From: Gemmatimonadota bacterium
GTDB lineage: Bacteria > Gemmatimonadota > Gemmatimonadetes > Gemmatimonadales > GWC2-71-9
Length of the DNA stretch: 64,000 bases
NCBI GenBank assembly: GCA_003222055.1
Contig: QHUT01000055.1
Span: 759 to 64,758 of the forward strand
Direction: 5' to 3'
Below are positions 10,940-21,351 of the stretch, piece by piece. The translations under genes were made by a program, and so were the position numbers. The first letter of the stretch is position 1; each line of letters begins with the position of its first letter. Below the pieces are notes generated by a model that saw only the letters and a list, made by a program, of their open reading frames with translations, was not told where the DNA came from and did no database searches.

Positions 10940-12172
10940 ATGGGGCCGTTGGTCGTCCTCGCTTACTCGGGCGGACTCGACACCTCGGCGATCGTGCCGT
11001 GGCTGCGCGAGAAATACGGCGCGCGCGTGCTGTGTTTCGCGGCGGACGTGGGACAGGGCGCGGGGGAGCTCGGCGGCCTGGTGGACAAGGCCAAGCGGTC
11101 CGGCGCCGTCGATTGCGTCGTCGAGGACCTGCGCGAGGAATTCGTGCGCGACTTCGTGTTCCCCACGCTGCGCGCCGGCGCCGTCTACGCCCGCACCTAC
11201 CTGCTCGGCACCGGCATGGCCCGCCCCGTCATGGCGGCGCATCAGGTGGCGCTCGCCCAGCGCGCCGGTGCGCGGGCGGTGGCGCACGGCTGTACGGGCA
11301 AGGGCAACGATCAGGTGCGCTTCGAGCTCACCTACGCGGCGCTCGCACCGGAGCTGCAAGTGATCGCGCCGTGGCGCGAATGGGAGTTTCAGGGCCGGGA
11401 GGACTTGATCGCGTACGTGAAGGCGAAAGGCATTCCGGTGCAGGCCACACTCGAAAAGCCGTATTCTACCGACCGCAACTTGTGGCACTGCTCCCATGAA
11501 GGCGGCATCCTGGAAGACCCCTCCAAACAACCCCCCGAGCACATCTTCGTCATGACACGCGACCCGCTCGAGGCGCCGGAGTTGCCCGCGGTCGTCGAAA
11601 TCGGGTTCGAGGAGGGGACGCCGGTCACCGTGGACCGCGTGCCGCTTGGTCCCGTCGAGCTGCTCGAGACGCTCAACGCGGTTGCCGGGGAGCACGGCGT
11701 CGGCCGCGCGGACGTGGTCGAGGACCGTCTGGTCGGCATGAAGTCCCGTGGCGTGTACGAGACACCGGGCGGGACCCTGCTGCACGCCGCGCACCGCGAG
11801 CTCGAGCAGCTGGTGCTCGATCGCCGGACGCTGCGCCTCAAGGACGAGCTGGCGCTGCGCTACGCCGACCTGGTGTACGACGGGCGTTGGTGGACCCCGG
11901 AGCGGGAGGCGCTCGACGCCGCCGTCCTGAGCACCCAGAAGCGCGTGACCGGTACGGTGCGGCTCAAACTGTACAAGGGCGGCCTCGCGGTGGCCGGGCG
12001 CGAGAGCCCGTACGCGCTGTATCAGCCGTCGTACGCCACGTTCGGCAAGGACAACGTGTACGACCAGCACCACGCCGAGGGATTCATCCACCTGTACGGC
12101 CTCTCGCTGCGGATCGGTGCGGGCCTCGACGCGGCACGTCAGCAGCGCGAAGTCGGCGCGGCGGCGGACTGA
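10940..12172 (+). CDS. argG: Argininosuccinate synthase
   Basis: LAYSGGLDTS, HGCTGKGNDQVRFE, KSRGVYETPGG. Confidence 0.97.
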   Translation: MGPLVVLAYSGGLDTSAIVPWLREKYGARVLCFAADVGQGAGELGGLVDKAKRSGAVDCVVEDLREEFVRDFVFPTLRAGAVYARTYLLGTGMARPVMAAHQVALAQRAGARAVAHGCTGKGNDQVRFELTYAALAPELQVIAPWREWEFQGREDLIAYVKAKGIPVQATLEKPYSTDRNLWHCSHEGGILEDPSKQPPEHIFVMTRDPLEAPELPAVVEIGFEEGTPVTVDRVPLGPVELLETLNAVAGEHGVGRADVVEDRLVGMKSRGVYETPGGTLLHAAHRELEQLVLDRRTLRLKDELALRYADLVYDGRWWTPEREALDAAVLSTQKRVTGTVRLKLYKGGLAVAGRESPYALYQPSYATFGKDNVYDQHHAEGFIHLYGLSLRIGAGLDAARQQREVGAAAD

Positions 12173-13599
12173 TGGCCGCCCGGCCGACGGAGCCCGCGCC
12201 GCCGCCTCCTGCCGCCCCGCATCAGATGTGGGGCGGTCGTTTCAGCGTCGGTCCCAGTGAAGCGCTCGACGCGCTCAACCGCAGTCTTCCCGTCGATCAC
12301 CGTCTCTGGCCCCAGGACGTCACGGCGAGCAAGGCCTGGGTGCATGCGCTGGGCCGCGTCGGCGTCGTGACCCCCATCGAGGAGACGCAGCTGCTCGAAG
12401 GTCTCGACCGCGTCGCCGAGCGGCTGGCCGATGGCGCGGCCGTCGGCGCGGCGGACGAAGACGTCCACACCCTCGTCGAGCGGCTGCTGTACGCCGAAGT
12501 CGGCGCGGTGGCGGGCAAGCTCCACACCGGCCGCTCGCGCAACGACCAGGTGGCGACCGACCTGCGGCTCTGGACCCTCCAGGCGATCGACCAGGTCGAC
12601 GGCGACATCGCCGCACTCGGGCGCACGCTCGTCGCGCGGGCGCAGGACGGCGTCGACGCCCTCCTCCCCGGTTACACGCACGGCCAGCGCGCCCAGCCGG
12701 TGCGCTGGGCGTACGTGCTGCTGGCGCACGCCTGGCCGCTGGTGCGCGATCGCCAGCGCCTCGCGGATGCGCGCCGCCGCGTGGCCGAGCTGCCGCTCGG
12801 CTCGGGGGCGCTCGCCGGCTCGGGATTTCCCGTGGACCGCGTGCTCTTGAAAGAAGCGCTGGGGTTCCGCGCCGTCTGTGCCAACGCGCTCGACGCCACC
12901 GGGGACCGCGACTTCGTCGCCGAAGTGCTGTTCGCGCTGTCGCTCGTGGGCACGCACCTGTCGCGCCTCGCCGCCGAGCTGGTGCTGTACTCGAGCGCCG
13001 AGTTCGGTTTCGTGCGGCTGTCGGATGATTTCAGCACCGGCTCGAGCCTGCTGCCGCAAAAACGCAACCCGGACGTGCTCGAGCTGGCGAGGGCCAAGTC
13101 GGGCCGCGTGCTGGGTGATCTGGTGGCCCTGCTCACGACGCTCAAGGGCCTGCCGGCCGGCTACAGCAAGGATCTGCAGGAGGACAAGCCTCTGCTGTTC
13201 GACGCGTTCGATACGCTCGGCCTGGTCCTGCCCGCCGTGTCCGGGGCGGTCGCGGCGCTCACGGTGGATGCGGAGCGCATGCACGCCGCGCTCGACGCCT
13301 CGCTGCGCGCCACCGACCTGGCCGACCTGCTCGTCGAGTCGGGCGTTCCGTTCCGGGAGAGCCACGGCCTGGTGGGCCGGCTGGTGCGCGAGGCGGAGCG
13401 CTCCGGTGTGCCGCTCGACCACGTGCCGATCGCCGCGGCGGCAGCCCTCCACCCGGCGTTGGGTGCGGCGCTGGCCCAGCTGGGCACGTGGGAAGATTCG
13501 ATCGAAGGGCGCGCAACGCCGGGCGGCGCCTCTCGGGCCTCAGTGGACGAGCAGCTTGCGGCGCTACAACTTGCGTTCGCCGCGACGGGAAGCACTTAA
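12172..13599 (+). CDS. argH: Argininosuccinate lyase
   Basis: MWGGRF, HTGRSRNDQVATD, STGSSLLPQKRNPD. Confidence 0.97.
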   Translation: MAARPTEPAPPPPAAPHQMWGGRFSVGPSEALDALNRSLPVDHRLWPQDVTASKAWVHALGRVGVVTPIEETQLLEGLDRVAERLADGAAVGAADEDVHTLVERLLYAEVGAVAGKLHTGRSRNDQVATDLRLWTLQAIDQVDGDIAALGRTLVARAQDGVDALLPGYTHGQRAQPVRWAYVLLAHAWPLVRDRQRLADARRRVAELPLGSGALAGSGFPVDRVLLKEALGFRAVCANALDATGDRDFVAEVLFALSLVGTHLSRLAAELVLYSSAEFGFVRLSDDFSTGSSLLPQKRNPDVLELARAKSGRVLGDLVALLTTLKGLPAGYSKDLQEDKPLLFDAFDTLGLVLPAVSGAVAALTVDAERMHAALDASLRATDLADLLVESGVPFRESHGLVGRLVREAERSGVPLDHVPIAAAAALHPALGAALAQLGTWEDSIEGRATPGGASRASVDEQLAALQLAFAATGST

Positions 13600-13694
13600 C
13601 CCAAGGTCTTGCCGAGCGTTAGCCGGTTGTGTAGCATACGAGGCCGTCTCGCTCGTTCCGGGCGGACGGCCACTTTTTTCCCCCGGGGAGATCC

Positions 13695-14243
13695 GTGCGC
13701 TGCCTGGCGCTCAACGCGTCATTCGAGCCGCTCACCATGGTGCCCGTGCGGCGGGCCCTGCGGCTCGTAATCGACCGCAAAGCGGAGATCGTCGAAGCAG
13801 ACGGCTCCGTCATGCGGAGCGAGCGCCTGGCCATCCCGCGGCCCGCTGTGATTCGCCTGGTCAAGTTCGTGCACGTGCCGCGCCGCTTCCGCCGCCAGGT
13901 CACCAACACGTTTCTGTTTGCCCGCGACAACTACCGCTGCCAGTTCTGCGGGCGCAGCCAGCCGGAGCTGCGCCACCGCGAGTGCCTGACGCGGGATCAC
14001 CTGGTCCCGCTGTCGCGCGGCGGCACCAACGCGTGGACCAACGTGCTGACCGCGTGCAGCTCCTGCAACACCCGCAAGGGCAATCTCCTGCCGGAAGAGG
14101 CCGGAATGCATCCGCTGCGGCCGCCGGTGGAGCCGCACTTCGTGCACCTCGCCTGGGCGGTCCGCCGCCTCACGTCGATCCAGTCCAAGTATATCCGGCT
14201 GTTCTACGGCGGCGAGGTCCTCGCGGCGCTCGAGGCGCTCTGA
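13695..14243 (+). CDS. HNH endonuclease (HNH_5/McrA-like)
   Basis: LALNASFEPL, RDNYRCQFCG, TRDHLVPLSRGG, ACSSCNTRKG. Confidence 0.9.
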   Translation: MRCLALNASFEPLTMVPVRRALRLVIDRKAEIVEADGSVMRSERLAIPRPAVIRLVKFVHVPRRFRRQVTNTFLFARDNYRCQFCGRSQPELRHRECLTRDHLVPLSRGGTNAWTNVLTACSSCNTRKGNLLPEEAGMHPLRPPVEPHFVHLAWAVRRLTSIQSKYIRLFYGGEVLAALEAL

Positions 14244-14851
14244 GTTAGTGTTTCCGACCGCGCCTCGAGCGTGAGGTGCGGCAGGCCCGCGATCCGGACC
14301 AGCAGCCGCTGCGCGCCGCGTGCCAGCGCCCCCCCTACATCGCCGCCGCCCGACACGGCCGGGCTCACGTCGCCCTTGAGCCAGCGCGTCAACTGCTCCA
14401 GATCGGTGTCGTTCAGGGTGGTCACTTCGAGGTGGCATACGAAGTAGAAGTTCCCCGAGCCGTTAGGCTTCAGCGTCACGCGGTAGGGAATCTCAATCGC
14501 GCGCTCGAGATCGTCTGCAGTGCCGTATCGGGCGACGCGCCGGCTCTCGCTCCGGATCAGGACGAAGTCATCGGCGAGCGGGTCGTGGCGCGCTACGGCG
14601 TCCCACGGGAAATCCGTCACGAACTGATCGAACCATCCCGAGCGCGAGCGCCACAGCTCCAGGCGGTAGTGCAGCCGCAGCGGGAACCCGGAGCGCATCA
14701 GGCCGACGAACTTGCCGTCGGCGAGCAGGGCGGTGGCCTGGACGCGCGGGACCCCGCTCTGGAGGATGACCGTCAACGCGGGCGACTGCGCGCCCGCCGG
14801 GGTGACGGCCGCGACACCGAGCAGGGCGAGGACCGCCAGGCCCGACCTCAC
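14204..14851 (-). CDS. Exported DUF4390-like protein
   Basis: Signal peptide; SGFPLRLHYRLEL…WFD pattern; lies downstream of NtrY/NtrX-like genes. Confidence 0.6.
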   Translation of the reverse strand: MRSGLAVLALLGVAAVTPAGAQSPALTVILQSGVPRVQATALLADGKFVGLMRSGFPLRLHYRLELWRSRSGWFDQFVTDFPWDAVARHDPLADDFVLIRSESRRVARYGTADDLERAIEIPYRVTLKPNGSGNFYFVCHLEVTTLNDTDLEQLTRWLKGDVSPAVSGGGDVGGALARGAQRLLVRIAGLPHLTLEARSETLTQSASSAARTSPP

Positions 14852-14852
14852 C

Positions 14853-16598
14853 TCAGAAGCGGTGGTCGAGTCGCAGCGTAAATCGCAGCGGCTCGCCGGC
14901 GGTCACCGCCTTGGCCACGTACAATCCCAATCCGCCCCAATCGACGCCGAGGCCCAGGTCGGCCAGCCAGCTTCCGAGCGTCGGCAGCCGGTCGGCGGGC
15001 AGCCGGCCCGGCCCGCCGCCGACGAGCCATGCCTGCCCGGCGTCTCCCAGCACCACGAGATCGGGCCCTTGCAGCGTGAACAGCGACTTCACCGCTTCGT
15101 CCTCGGGCGTCGACGAGCCGTACGACCAATGCAGGGAGATGTGACCGCGGTATTCGGCCTGCGCCAGGATCACCCGGTCGCATGCCGCCACCAGCGTGCC
15201 GGCGAACGCCGGGTCGACGATGTCGCGATTGCACGCGCTGTGTCGGAAGCCGTATCCGGCCAGCGGGTCGGGCCCGCCCATGGAGAGCCGCTGTTGCAGG
15301 GGGAGTGCATCCCCCCCGACCCATCCCCCCGCGAGCAGCCGGAGGTTGACGCGCCCCGACGGGCTCACGCGCATGTAACGACGGAAGTCCAGGAACAGGC
15401 GGCTGAAAGCGTAGGTGCCGTCTGTGGCGATCGGGCTCCGCACGGCGGCGGGGACGCCCGCCTGCGGCGCGACGTCCCGGGAGTGGGAGTGCTCGAGCCG
15501 GGCGCGCAGCCACCACCCGGCCGTGGGGTCCGCGCGGTCGTTGCGGGTATCGAAGCTCACATTGCCGCTGAGTGCCGTGTAGTGCCCATCGTCGATCGGC
15601 GGGTTGGGACGCCACGCCTGGTCGTTCCGGAACACGGTCCAGGGGTCGCGCGCCCCGACGCTCGTCTGCCAGTCGTGCCGGAGCTCGAGCTCCAGCTGCA
15701 GCGCCCGCTCGGGCTGCACGAACACGCGGCCGGCCACGCCCTTGCTGAGGTAGTAATCGCGATAATCGCGCTGGAACAGAAACGCCGACCACCCCACTTC
15801 GCCGTTGCGCAGTCCCCAATCTTCCACCGGGACCACGGTGTCGAACGCGCGGAACTGGACGCCGTAGGCCGGCACCTCGCCGGAGCGCAGCTCGGCGCGA
15901 AAGATGTAGCCCAGATCGCTGCGCTTGTCGGTGAATTGCCCGGCGGTGCGGAATACGCCCAGCGCATCCACTCGCAGCCGCAGGTTGCGGTGCAGCTTCC
16001 AGTCGAACAGCGGCCCGAACACCACGGGCAGTCCCTCCACCCGGTTGAACGTGCCGCCCGTGGCCAGCGTGAGCGATGAGCGCGAGTCCTGCGTGCCCCA
16101 GGACTTTTCCACGCCGAGGTTGCGGAACCAGCGCCGCAGGTCGGGGGGGACGAGGGCGATCTCGTCGCCTTTGGCGCGGAAGGCGAGGGGCTCCTGGTAG
16201 ACGCGCACCTCGCCCGACACCGCGGCTCCGGCGGCGCGGGCCACCGTGCCGCCGACCACGATGAGGTCGCCCGCGATCACCGCGCCCGGCTCGAGCACGG
16301 CGTCGCCATTGATCACGAGCAGCGTGCCTTCGACCCGGCCGCCCAGGGTCACCGGTCCGCTCCGCACCGCGACGTCGCCGCGCCAGGCGTTGCCGGCCGG
16401 GAGCCACGAGCGCCCCACCAGCCGGGTGGTCGTCGCGGCGTTGTAGCGGTGGACCACTTCTTCGGCCACCGCGCGCGGCAGCTCCGGCGGCTGAACGATG
16501 GCGCTCGCGCTTTCCGGCTGGATCACGATGGCCGTGTCTTGCGCCGCGGCGACCGCGCAGCCGAGCAGGCACAGGGCGCCGAGCGCCACGCTGCGCAC
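14853..16598 (-). CDS. Outer-membrane protein with N-terminal beta-helix (bactofilin-like) repeats and an Omp85/TamA-like barrel
   Basis: Signal peptide; GDVAV…GRVEGTLLVINGDAVL…GDLIVVGG repeats; DTRNDRADPTAGW, GGPDPLAGY; C-terminal Phe. Confidence 0.7.
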   Translation of the reverse strand: MRSVALGALCLLGCAVAAAQDTAIVIQPESASAIVQPPELPRAVAEEVVHRYNAATTTRLVGRSWLPAGNAWRGDVAVRSGPVTLGGRVEGTLLVINGDAVLEPGAVIAGDLIVVGGTVARAAGAAVSGEVRVYQEPLAFRAKGDEIALVPPDLRRWFRNLGVEKSWGTQDSRSSLTLATGGTFNRVEGLPVVFGPLFDWKLHRNLRLRVDALGVFRTAGQFTDKRSDLGYIFRAELRSGEVPAYGVQFRAFDTVVPVEDWGLRNGEVGWSAFLFQRDYRDYYLSKGVAGRVFVQPERALQLELELRHDWQTSVGARDPWTVFRNDQAWRPNPPIDDGHYTALSGNVSFDTRNDRADPTAGWWLRARLEHSHSRDVAPQAGVPAAVRSPIATDGTYAFSRLFLDFRRYMRVSPSGRVNLRLLAGGWVGGDALPLQQRLSMGGPDPLAGYGFRHSACNRDIVDPAFAGTLVAACDRVILAQAEYRGHISLHWSYGSSTPEDEAVKSLFTLQGPDLVVLGDAGQAWLVGGGPGRLPADRLPTLGSWLADLGLGVDWGGLGLYVAKAVTAGEPLRFTLRLDHRF

Positions 16599-16600
16599 GG

Positions 16601-17974
16601 TCAGCCCGCCCCGGTACGGGGCGGCTCGAGGCCGAGCCGGCGCATACGGCGATACAGGTTGGCGCGGTCGGTGGCGAGGCGGCGCGCCGCCTCCGCCACA
16701 TTGCCACGGGCGGCCGATAGCGCCCGCGCGATGAGCGTGCGCTCGAACCCGTCGAGCGCCTCCGACAGCGCCACGTCGCTCCAAGCCTCGGACGTCGCGG
16801 CCGGCGCGCCGTCTTGCGGCACGACCCGCGCCACGTCGTCGGCGGTCACCGTATCGCCGGTCGCCAGAATCGCGAGCCGCTCCACGATGTTCGCCAGCTC
16901 GCGCACGTTCCCGGGCCAGGCATAGGCGGCGAGCAGTTGGACGGCGCCCGCGTCGAAGCGCACGGGCCGGCCGAGGCGCGCCACCTGCCGGGTCGCAAAA
17001 TGCTGCACCAGTGGCGCGACGTCGTCCGCCCGCTCGCGCAACGGGGGGATGCGGATCGGGAGCACGTTGAGGCGGAACAGCAGGTCCTCGCGGAACTGCC
17101 CCTGTTGCGACGCCTTCCCCAGGTCCTTGTTGGTCGCGGCGATTACGCGCACGTCCACCATGATCGGTTTCTCGCCGCCCAGCCGCTCGATGACGCCGCT
17201 CTCCAGTACGCGCAACAGCTTCGCCTGCGCCTCGAGTCCCAGATCGCCCACTTCGTCGAGAAACAGCGTCCCTCCGTCCGCCAGCTCGAAGCGCCCGACC
17301 CGCCGCTCCGTCGCGCCGGTGAACGCGCCGCGCTCGTGCCCGAACATCTCCGACTCTACCAGGTCCTTCGGAATCGCGGCGCTGTTGACGCACACGAACG
17401 GCCGGCCCGCTCGTGTGCTTTGGCGGTGGATCGCCGAGGCCACGAGCTCCTTGCCCGTGCCCGACTCGCCCGTGATCAGCACGCGCACCTCGGTGGGTGC
17501 GACCCGCGCGATCAGGTCCCGCAGGTCCTGCATCGCGCCGCTCACGCCCACCAGGGGATCCGCGTGCCCCAGCGCCTCGTGCAGCCGGCGGTTCTCGGCC
17601 CGCGTGCGCGACAGCTCCAGGGCGGCGCGCAGCGTGGTCAGCACCCCCTCGGGCGTGAGCGGCTTTTCCAGGAACTGAAACGCGCCGAGCTTGGTCGCGC
17701 GCACCGCGTCGGTGAGGCTCGCCTTGCCGCTCATCATCACGACCGGCACGTCGGGCGCGAGGCGCTTCAGCTGCTCGAGCGTGGCCAGCCCGTCCGGCCC
17801 GCCGGGCATCATGAGGTCCAGCAGCACGGCGTCGGGCGCGGCGCGCTCGACCGCGGCGAGCGCGGCGCCGCCGTTCGCGGCCTCCGCCGTCTCGAATCCC
17901 TCGGACTCGAGCAGCGCCCCTACCATCTTGCGGATGTTGGTCTCGTCGTCGACCAGCAGGATGCGCGGGCTCAT
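16601..17974 (-). CDS. Sigma-54-dependent response regulator (NtrC/NtrX family)
   Basis: Receiver [29 protein letters not shown], Fis-type HTH. Confidence 0.95.
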   Translation of the reverse strand: MSPRILLVDDETNIRKMVGALLESEGFETAEAANGGAALAAVERAAPDAVLLDLMMPGGPDGLATLEQLKRLAPDVPVVMMSGKASLTDAVRATKLGAFQFLEKPLTPEGVLTTLRAALELSRTRAENRRLHEALGHADPLVGVSGAMQDLRDLIARVAPTEVRVLITGESGTGKELVASAIHRQSTRAGRPFVCVNSAAIPKDLVESEMFGHERGAFTGATERRVGRFELADGGTLFLDEVGDLGLEAQAKLLRVLESGVIERLGGEKPIMVDVRVIAATNKDLGKASQQGQFREDLLFRLNVLPIRIPPLRERADDVAPLVQHFATRQVARLGRPVRFDAGAVQLLAAYAWPGNVRELANIVERLAILATGDTVTADDVARVVPQDGAPAATSEAWSDVALSEALDGFERTLIARALSAARGNVAEAARRLATDRANLYRRMRRLGLEPPRTGAG

Positions 17975-19164
17975 CTGGCGGAGAGCACGATGGAAAACGT
18001 GGCGCCGCCGCCCGGCGTGTCCGCGACGCTGATGGTCCCGCTGTGCGCCTCGATCGTCTGCCGCACCAGCGCGAGCCCCAGCCCGGTGCCGTCCTGCTTG
18101 GTGGTGAAGTAGGGCTCGAACACCCGCTGACGCAGCTCGTCCGGGACTCCGGGGCCGTGATCGGCGATCGTCACGACGAGGCCGCTCCCGTCTCTTGTGA
18201 CGGCTACGTCTATCGCGCCCCGGCCCTGCATCGCCTCCGCCGCGTTGCGCAGCAGGTTGGCGAAGGCGCGCCGCAACGGGTCGTAGTGCCCCAGCACCTT
18301 GCAGGGCTCGCCGTTGGCCCGTACCCGCACGACCACCTCGGGGGGTACGGCGCTCTTGCCCAGATCCATCAGCAGGTCCACGAGGTCCACCTCGCTCTTG
18401 GGCCCCTCCGGGAGCCGGCCGAAGTCGGCGAACTCCTTCGCCAGCTGGTCCAGCCGTTGCGTCTCGGCACCCAGCACTTCCACGGCGGTCACCGTCCGGC
18501 GGTCCGCCTGTCCCACCGTTCGCCCCAGCTGGTCCACCGCGATCCGCATCGACGTGAGCGGATTCTTGATCTCGTGCGCGACGCGCCGCGCCACCTCGCG
18601 GAACGCCCGCAGCCGCTCGGCCTCGAGCTCCCGCTCGCGGGCGGCGTCGAGCGCGGTCGCGAGCTCGCGCAACGCCTGGCGCAGCGCGTCGAACTCGGGC
18701 GCCCCGCGACTGGCGGGACCCGCGGGGAGTGGCACGCGCCTCCGGATCAGCCGGGTCCAGCCCACCAGCTCGTCGATTGGCCGCGACAACTGGCGCGACA
18801 GATGTCCCGCCAGCCGTATTGCGGCCGTCAGGGCCAGCCCGCCGAAGACGATCACCACCAGCGCGAACCCGCCCGCGTAGTAGCGCAGGTACGTCTCGGC
18901 CCGCCGCGCGAGGGTGACCGAAGTGGACAGGCGCTCCAAGTGGTCCCGCACGGCGGCCCGCTCGCGCAGAGCGAGGTGCGTGGTGTCGATGCGGTCCACC
19001 ATCTGGCGCGCCGACGCCGCCATTTCCTCGAGCGCCACGCGCGCGCCGGCCGACGGGCCCACTGTTCGGACCGCGAGCGCCCAGCCCACCACCGCCAGGG
19101 CAGTCGGCACGGCGGTCAGCGCCACAAGGACGACGAAGATCCGCTGGCGGAACGGGAGGGCCAT
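17971..19164 (-). CDS. Sensor histidine kinase (NtrY-like)
   Basis: Two TM segments, HAMP, H-box [26 protein letters not shown]. Confidence 0.93.
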   Translation of the reverse strand: MALPFRQRIFVVLVALTAVPTALAVVGWALAVRTVGPSAGARVALEEMAASARQMVDRIDTTHLALRERAAVRDHLERLSTSVTLARRAETYLRYYAGGFALVVIVFGGLALTAAIRLAGHLSRQLSRPIDELVGWTRLIRRRVPLPAGPASRGAPEFDALRQALRELATALDAARERELEAERLRAFREVARRVAHEIKNPLTSMRIAVDQLGRTVGQADRRTVTAVEVLGAETQRLDQLAKEFADFGRLPEGPKSEVDLVDLLMDLGKSAVPPEVVVRVRANGEPCKVLGHYDPLRRAFANLLRNAAEAMQGRGAIDVAVTRDGSGLVVTIADHGPGVPDELRQRVFEPYFTTKQDGTGLGLALVRQTIEAHSGTISVADTPGGGATFSIVLSAR

Positions 19165-19218
19165 ATTTGTGGGGGCAATCTAGACATTTCGTGTGCGTGT
19201 GACAATTCGACACACAGA

Positions 19219-19297
19219 GATTTCGGATTGGCGATTGCGGATTGCGGATTGGAAGCACGCCCGTCAAATCCGCAATCCACAATCCGAAATCCGCAAT
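19219..19297. repeat. Heptamer-palindrome element, copy 3
   Basis: Same arms and a related loop; lies in a divergent intergenic region. Confidence 0.9.
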
Positions 19298-19311
19298 TTT
19301 CAGGGGGTCAG

Positions 19312-19731
19312 ATGAAGGCCCATACGCACTATCTCTGGTTCAACACCAAATCGCGCCAGGAAATCATCGACGTCACCGAGCAGGTCGCGCAGCAGGTGGC
19401 GGAGAGCGGCGTGCAGGAAGGCTTCGCGCTGGTGAGCGCCATGCATATCACGGCGTCGGTATTCGTGAACGATCACGAGTCGGGGCTGTGGGCGGACATC
19501 TTGAAGTGGCTGGAGACGAGCGTCGCGCCCTGGGACCCCAAACGCTACCGCCACAACGAGACGGGAGAGGACAACGCCGCGGCCCACCTGCGCAGCCTCA
19601 CGATCGGACACGAGGTGATCGTGCCGATCACAGCGGGGAAGCTCGACCTAGGCCCGTGGCAGCGGGTGTTCTACGGGGAGTGGGACGGGCAGCGCAAAAA
19701 GCGCGTGATCGTCAAGGTGCTGGGGGAGTGA
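19312..19731 (+). CDS. yjbQ: YjbQ/UPF0047 family protein
   Basis: [33 protein letters not shown]. Confidence 0.92.
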   Translation: MKAHTHYLWFNTKSRQEIIDVTEQVAQQVAESGVQEGFALVSAMHITASVFVNDHESGLWADILKWLETSVAPWDPKRYRHNETGEDNAAAHLRSLTIGHEVIVPITAGKLDLGPWQRVFYGEWDGQRKKRVIVKVLGE

Positions 19732-20158
19732 TGACCGCGATGCCGTAACGGCATGGATTCATCTGGCACGCCTCCATGACGACTCTCACACGGTAGGATG
19801 CAGTCTCGAGGGGCGTCAGGCGAAGGACCGGCGCATGGTCGCTCGCGTCGTCGACCGCAAGCTCGTGACTCCTCAGATCGGAAAGGCGGAGGCTCAGCCT
19901 AGAGCAATCCTCGTCGCACGCCGCGACGACGACGTACGCGTTCCCGGCGTGCAGCGTCAGGGTCACGGAGTCCGACTCCGGCGCGTTCAGCGAGCCGATC
20001 CGAATCGTGACAGGCTTGCGCCGCGTCCCTGGATCGAGCGACTCGGCCGCGCGACCGAGCTGCGTGCGGACCTCCCGCACCCATCGATCACCCTGAGCGC
20101 GAGCGACGGTCGTCACCAGCGCCAGCATCGCGAACCCGAGCCCCAAGGCTGCGCGCAT
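19712..20158 (-). CDS. Small exported hypothetical protein (PPC-like beta-sandwich)
   Basis: Signal peptide; ACDEDC and C…PC cysteine pairs; last gene of the GntR operon. Confidence 0.65.
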   Translation of the reverse strand: MRAALGLGFAMLALVTTVARAQGDRWVREVRTQLGRAAESLDPGTRRKPVTIRIGSLNAPESDSVTLTLHAGNAYVVVAACDEDCSRLSLRLSDLRSHELAVDDASDHAPVLRLTPLETASYRVRVVMEACQMNPCRYGIAVITPPAP

Positions 20159-20160
20159 CG

Positions 20161-21351
20161 TCAGCGGACCTGACGGCGCCCTGCGCCGCGGGCGACCAGG
20201 ACAACGGCTACGGCGGCGAGCAGGATGCCGAGCACGGCGGCGCTCACTGGCGCGGCCGCCCCGAGGGGAAGCCGCGGCGCGAAACGCCGCTCCCAGCGCT
20301 CGGTCCATTCCCCGACCGGCATCTTCAGAGCGGTGGCGAGGGCCGTATCGACCGGCTCGGGCGAATTCCAGAAACGTAGGAACCGGTCGTGACCGACCTC
20401 GCGGGCAACGTCTCCGAGATACCGGTTGCCAAGCACGAGGCGTTCATTTCTCACCCACCACCCCCGGTCGCCGGGCAGGACGCGCGGCACGGAGTCACTG
20501 AGGACGGCGGTGCGGCAGCTTGCGGCTCGGCCGGCGAGGCACCCGATGGCCGCGATCGGATGTCCGTAAACCGCAGGCCACCACCAGGTCGGAGCCGCCT
20601 TCGCGTCCGTGGCAAACCGCACCGACATCCATTGAGATTGAGATTGCATCGACCAGTCTCGGTCCCAGCTCGGAAAGGCGGCGAGGTCGTAGCTTCGCCT
20701 GGCCAGCCAGCGCCGCACGTCCGATCCCGGCACGCCCCAAGCGGCGAGGAACGCGCACGGTCCGAGGCCGGCCTGCAACCAGTCTTCGACCTGCTGCCTC
20801 CGCCCGGGCCCGCTGGACGTGCGGAGCGTGGCCGTCCGGTACCAGGCAGGAATGAGCGCAACGCACGTCGTGCGATCGGTCGAATCGGGCAGGAGGTGAC
20901 TGGCTGAGCCGGCCACCACCTTGGGGGTCTGGCCCGTACCAGCCGGCCGGGTCCGCCATAAATCGACCACGACGCCGACCCCCACCTTGCTCACGCCGAG
21001 GCCCAGCTCGCGCCAAACCGTGTCGAGGGCCGATCGCACCACTTCCCCAGCGTAGGCCGCGAGCGAATCCGGCGCCTCGACGACCACGGCGGGCCCCGCC
21101 TGATCGGCCTCGCGCCGCCGTGCGAGCTCCGGCTCGAGTTGCCGTCGATACCGCGCCAGACGCAGCGCCAGGTCGGCGTCACGCCACGCCTCCGCGAGCG
21201 CCTGGGCGCGGAGGCGTGCCGCGGTCGGCTGGGGTGGTCGCGGGCGCGCGGTGGCGACCGGCGCCACGCCCCTCGGCGGAACGTAGCCGATGACGATGAC
21301 GCCCCAGGCGGCGAGCGCCGCGGCGAGCCACCGCTTCAGTTCCCGCGCCAT
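20161..21351 (-). CDS. Hypothetical membrane-anchored protein (paralog B)
   Basis: N- and C-terminal hydrophobic segments; similar to the upstream ORF. Confidence 0.7.
   Translation of the reverse strand: MARELKRWLAAALAAWGVIVIGYVPPRGVAPVATARPRPPQPTAARLRAQALAEAWRDADLALRLARYRRQLEPELARRREADQAGPAVVVEAPDSLAAYAGEVVRSALDTVWRELGLGVSKVGVGVVVDLWRTRPAGTGQTPKVVAGSASHLLPDSTDRTTCVALIPAWYRTATLRTSSGPGRRQQVEDWLQAGLGPCAFLAAWGVPGSDVRRWLARRSYDLAAFPSWDRDWSMQSQSQWMSVRFATDAKAAPTWWWPAVYGHPIAAIGCLAGRAASCRTAVLSDSVPRVLPGDRGWWVRNERLVLGNRYLGDVAREVGHDRFLRFWNSPEPVDTALATALKMPVGEWTERWERRFAPRLPLGAAAPVSAAVLGILLAAVAVVLVARGAGRRQVR

Noticed and set aside
13695-14243. HNH gene as a mobile, homing or defence element
   Set aside because: Ordinary stand-alone HNH with host-like codon usage; no intron, IS ends, methylase or array nearby.
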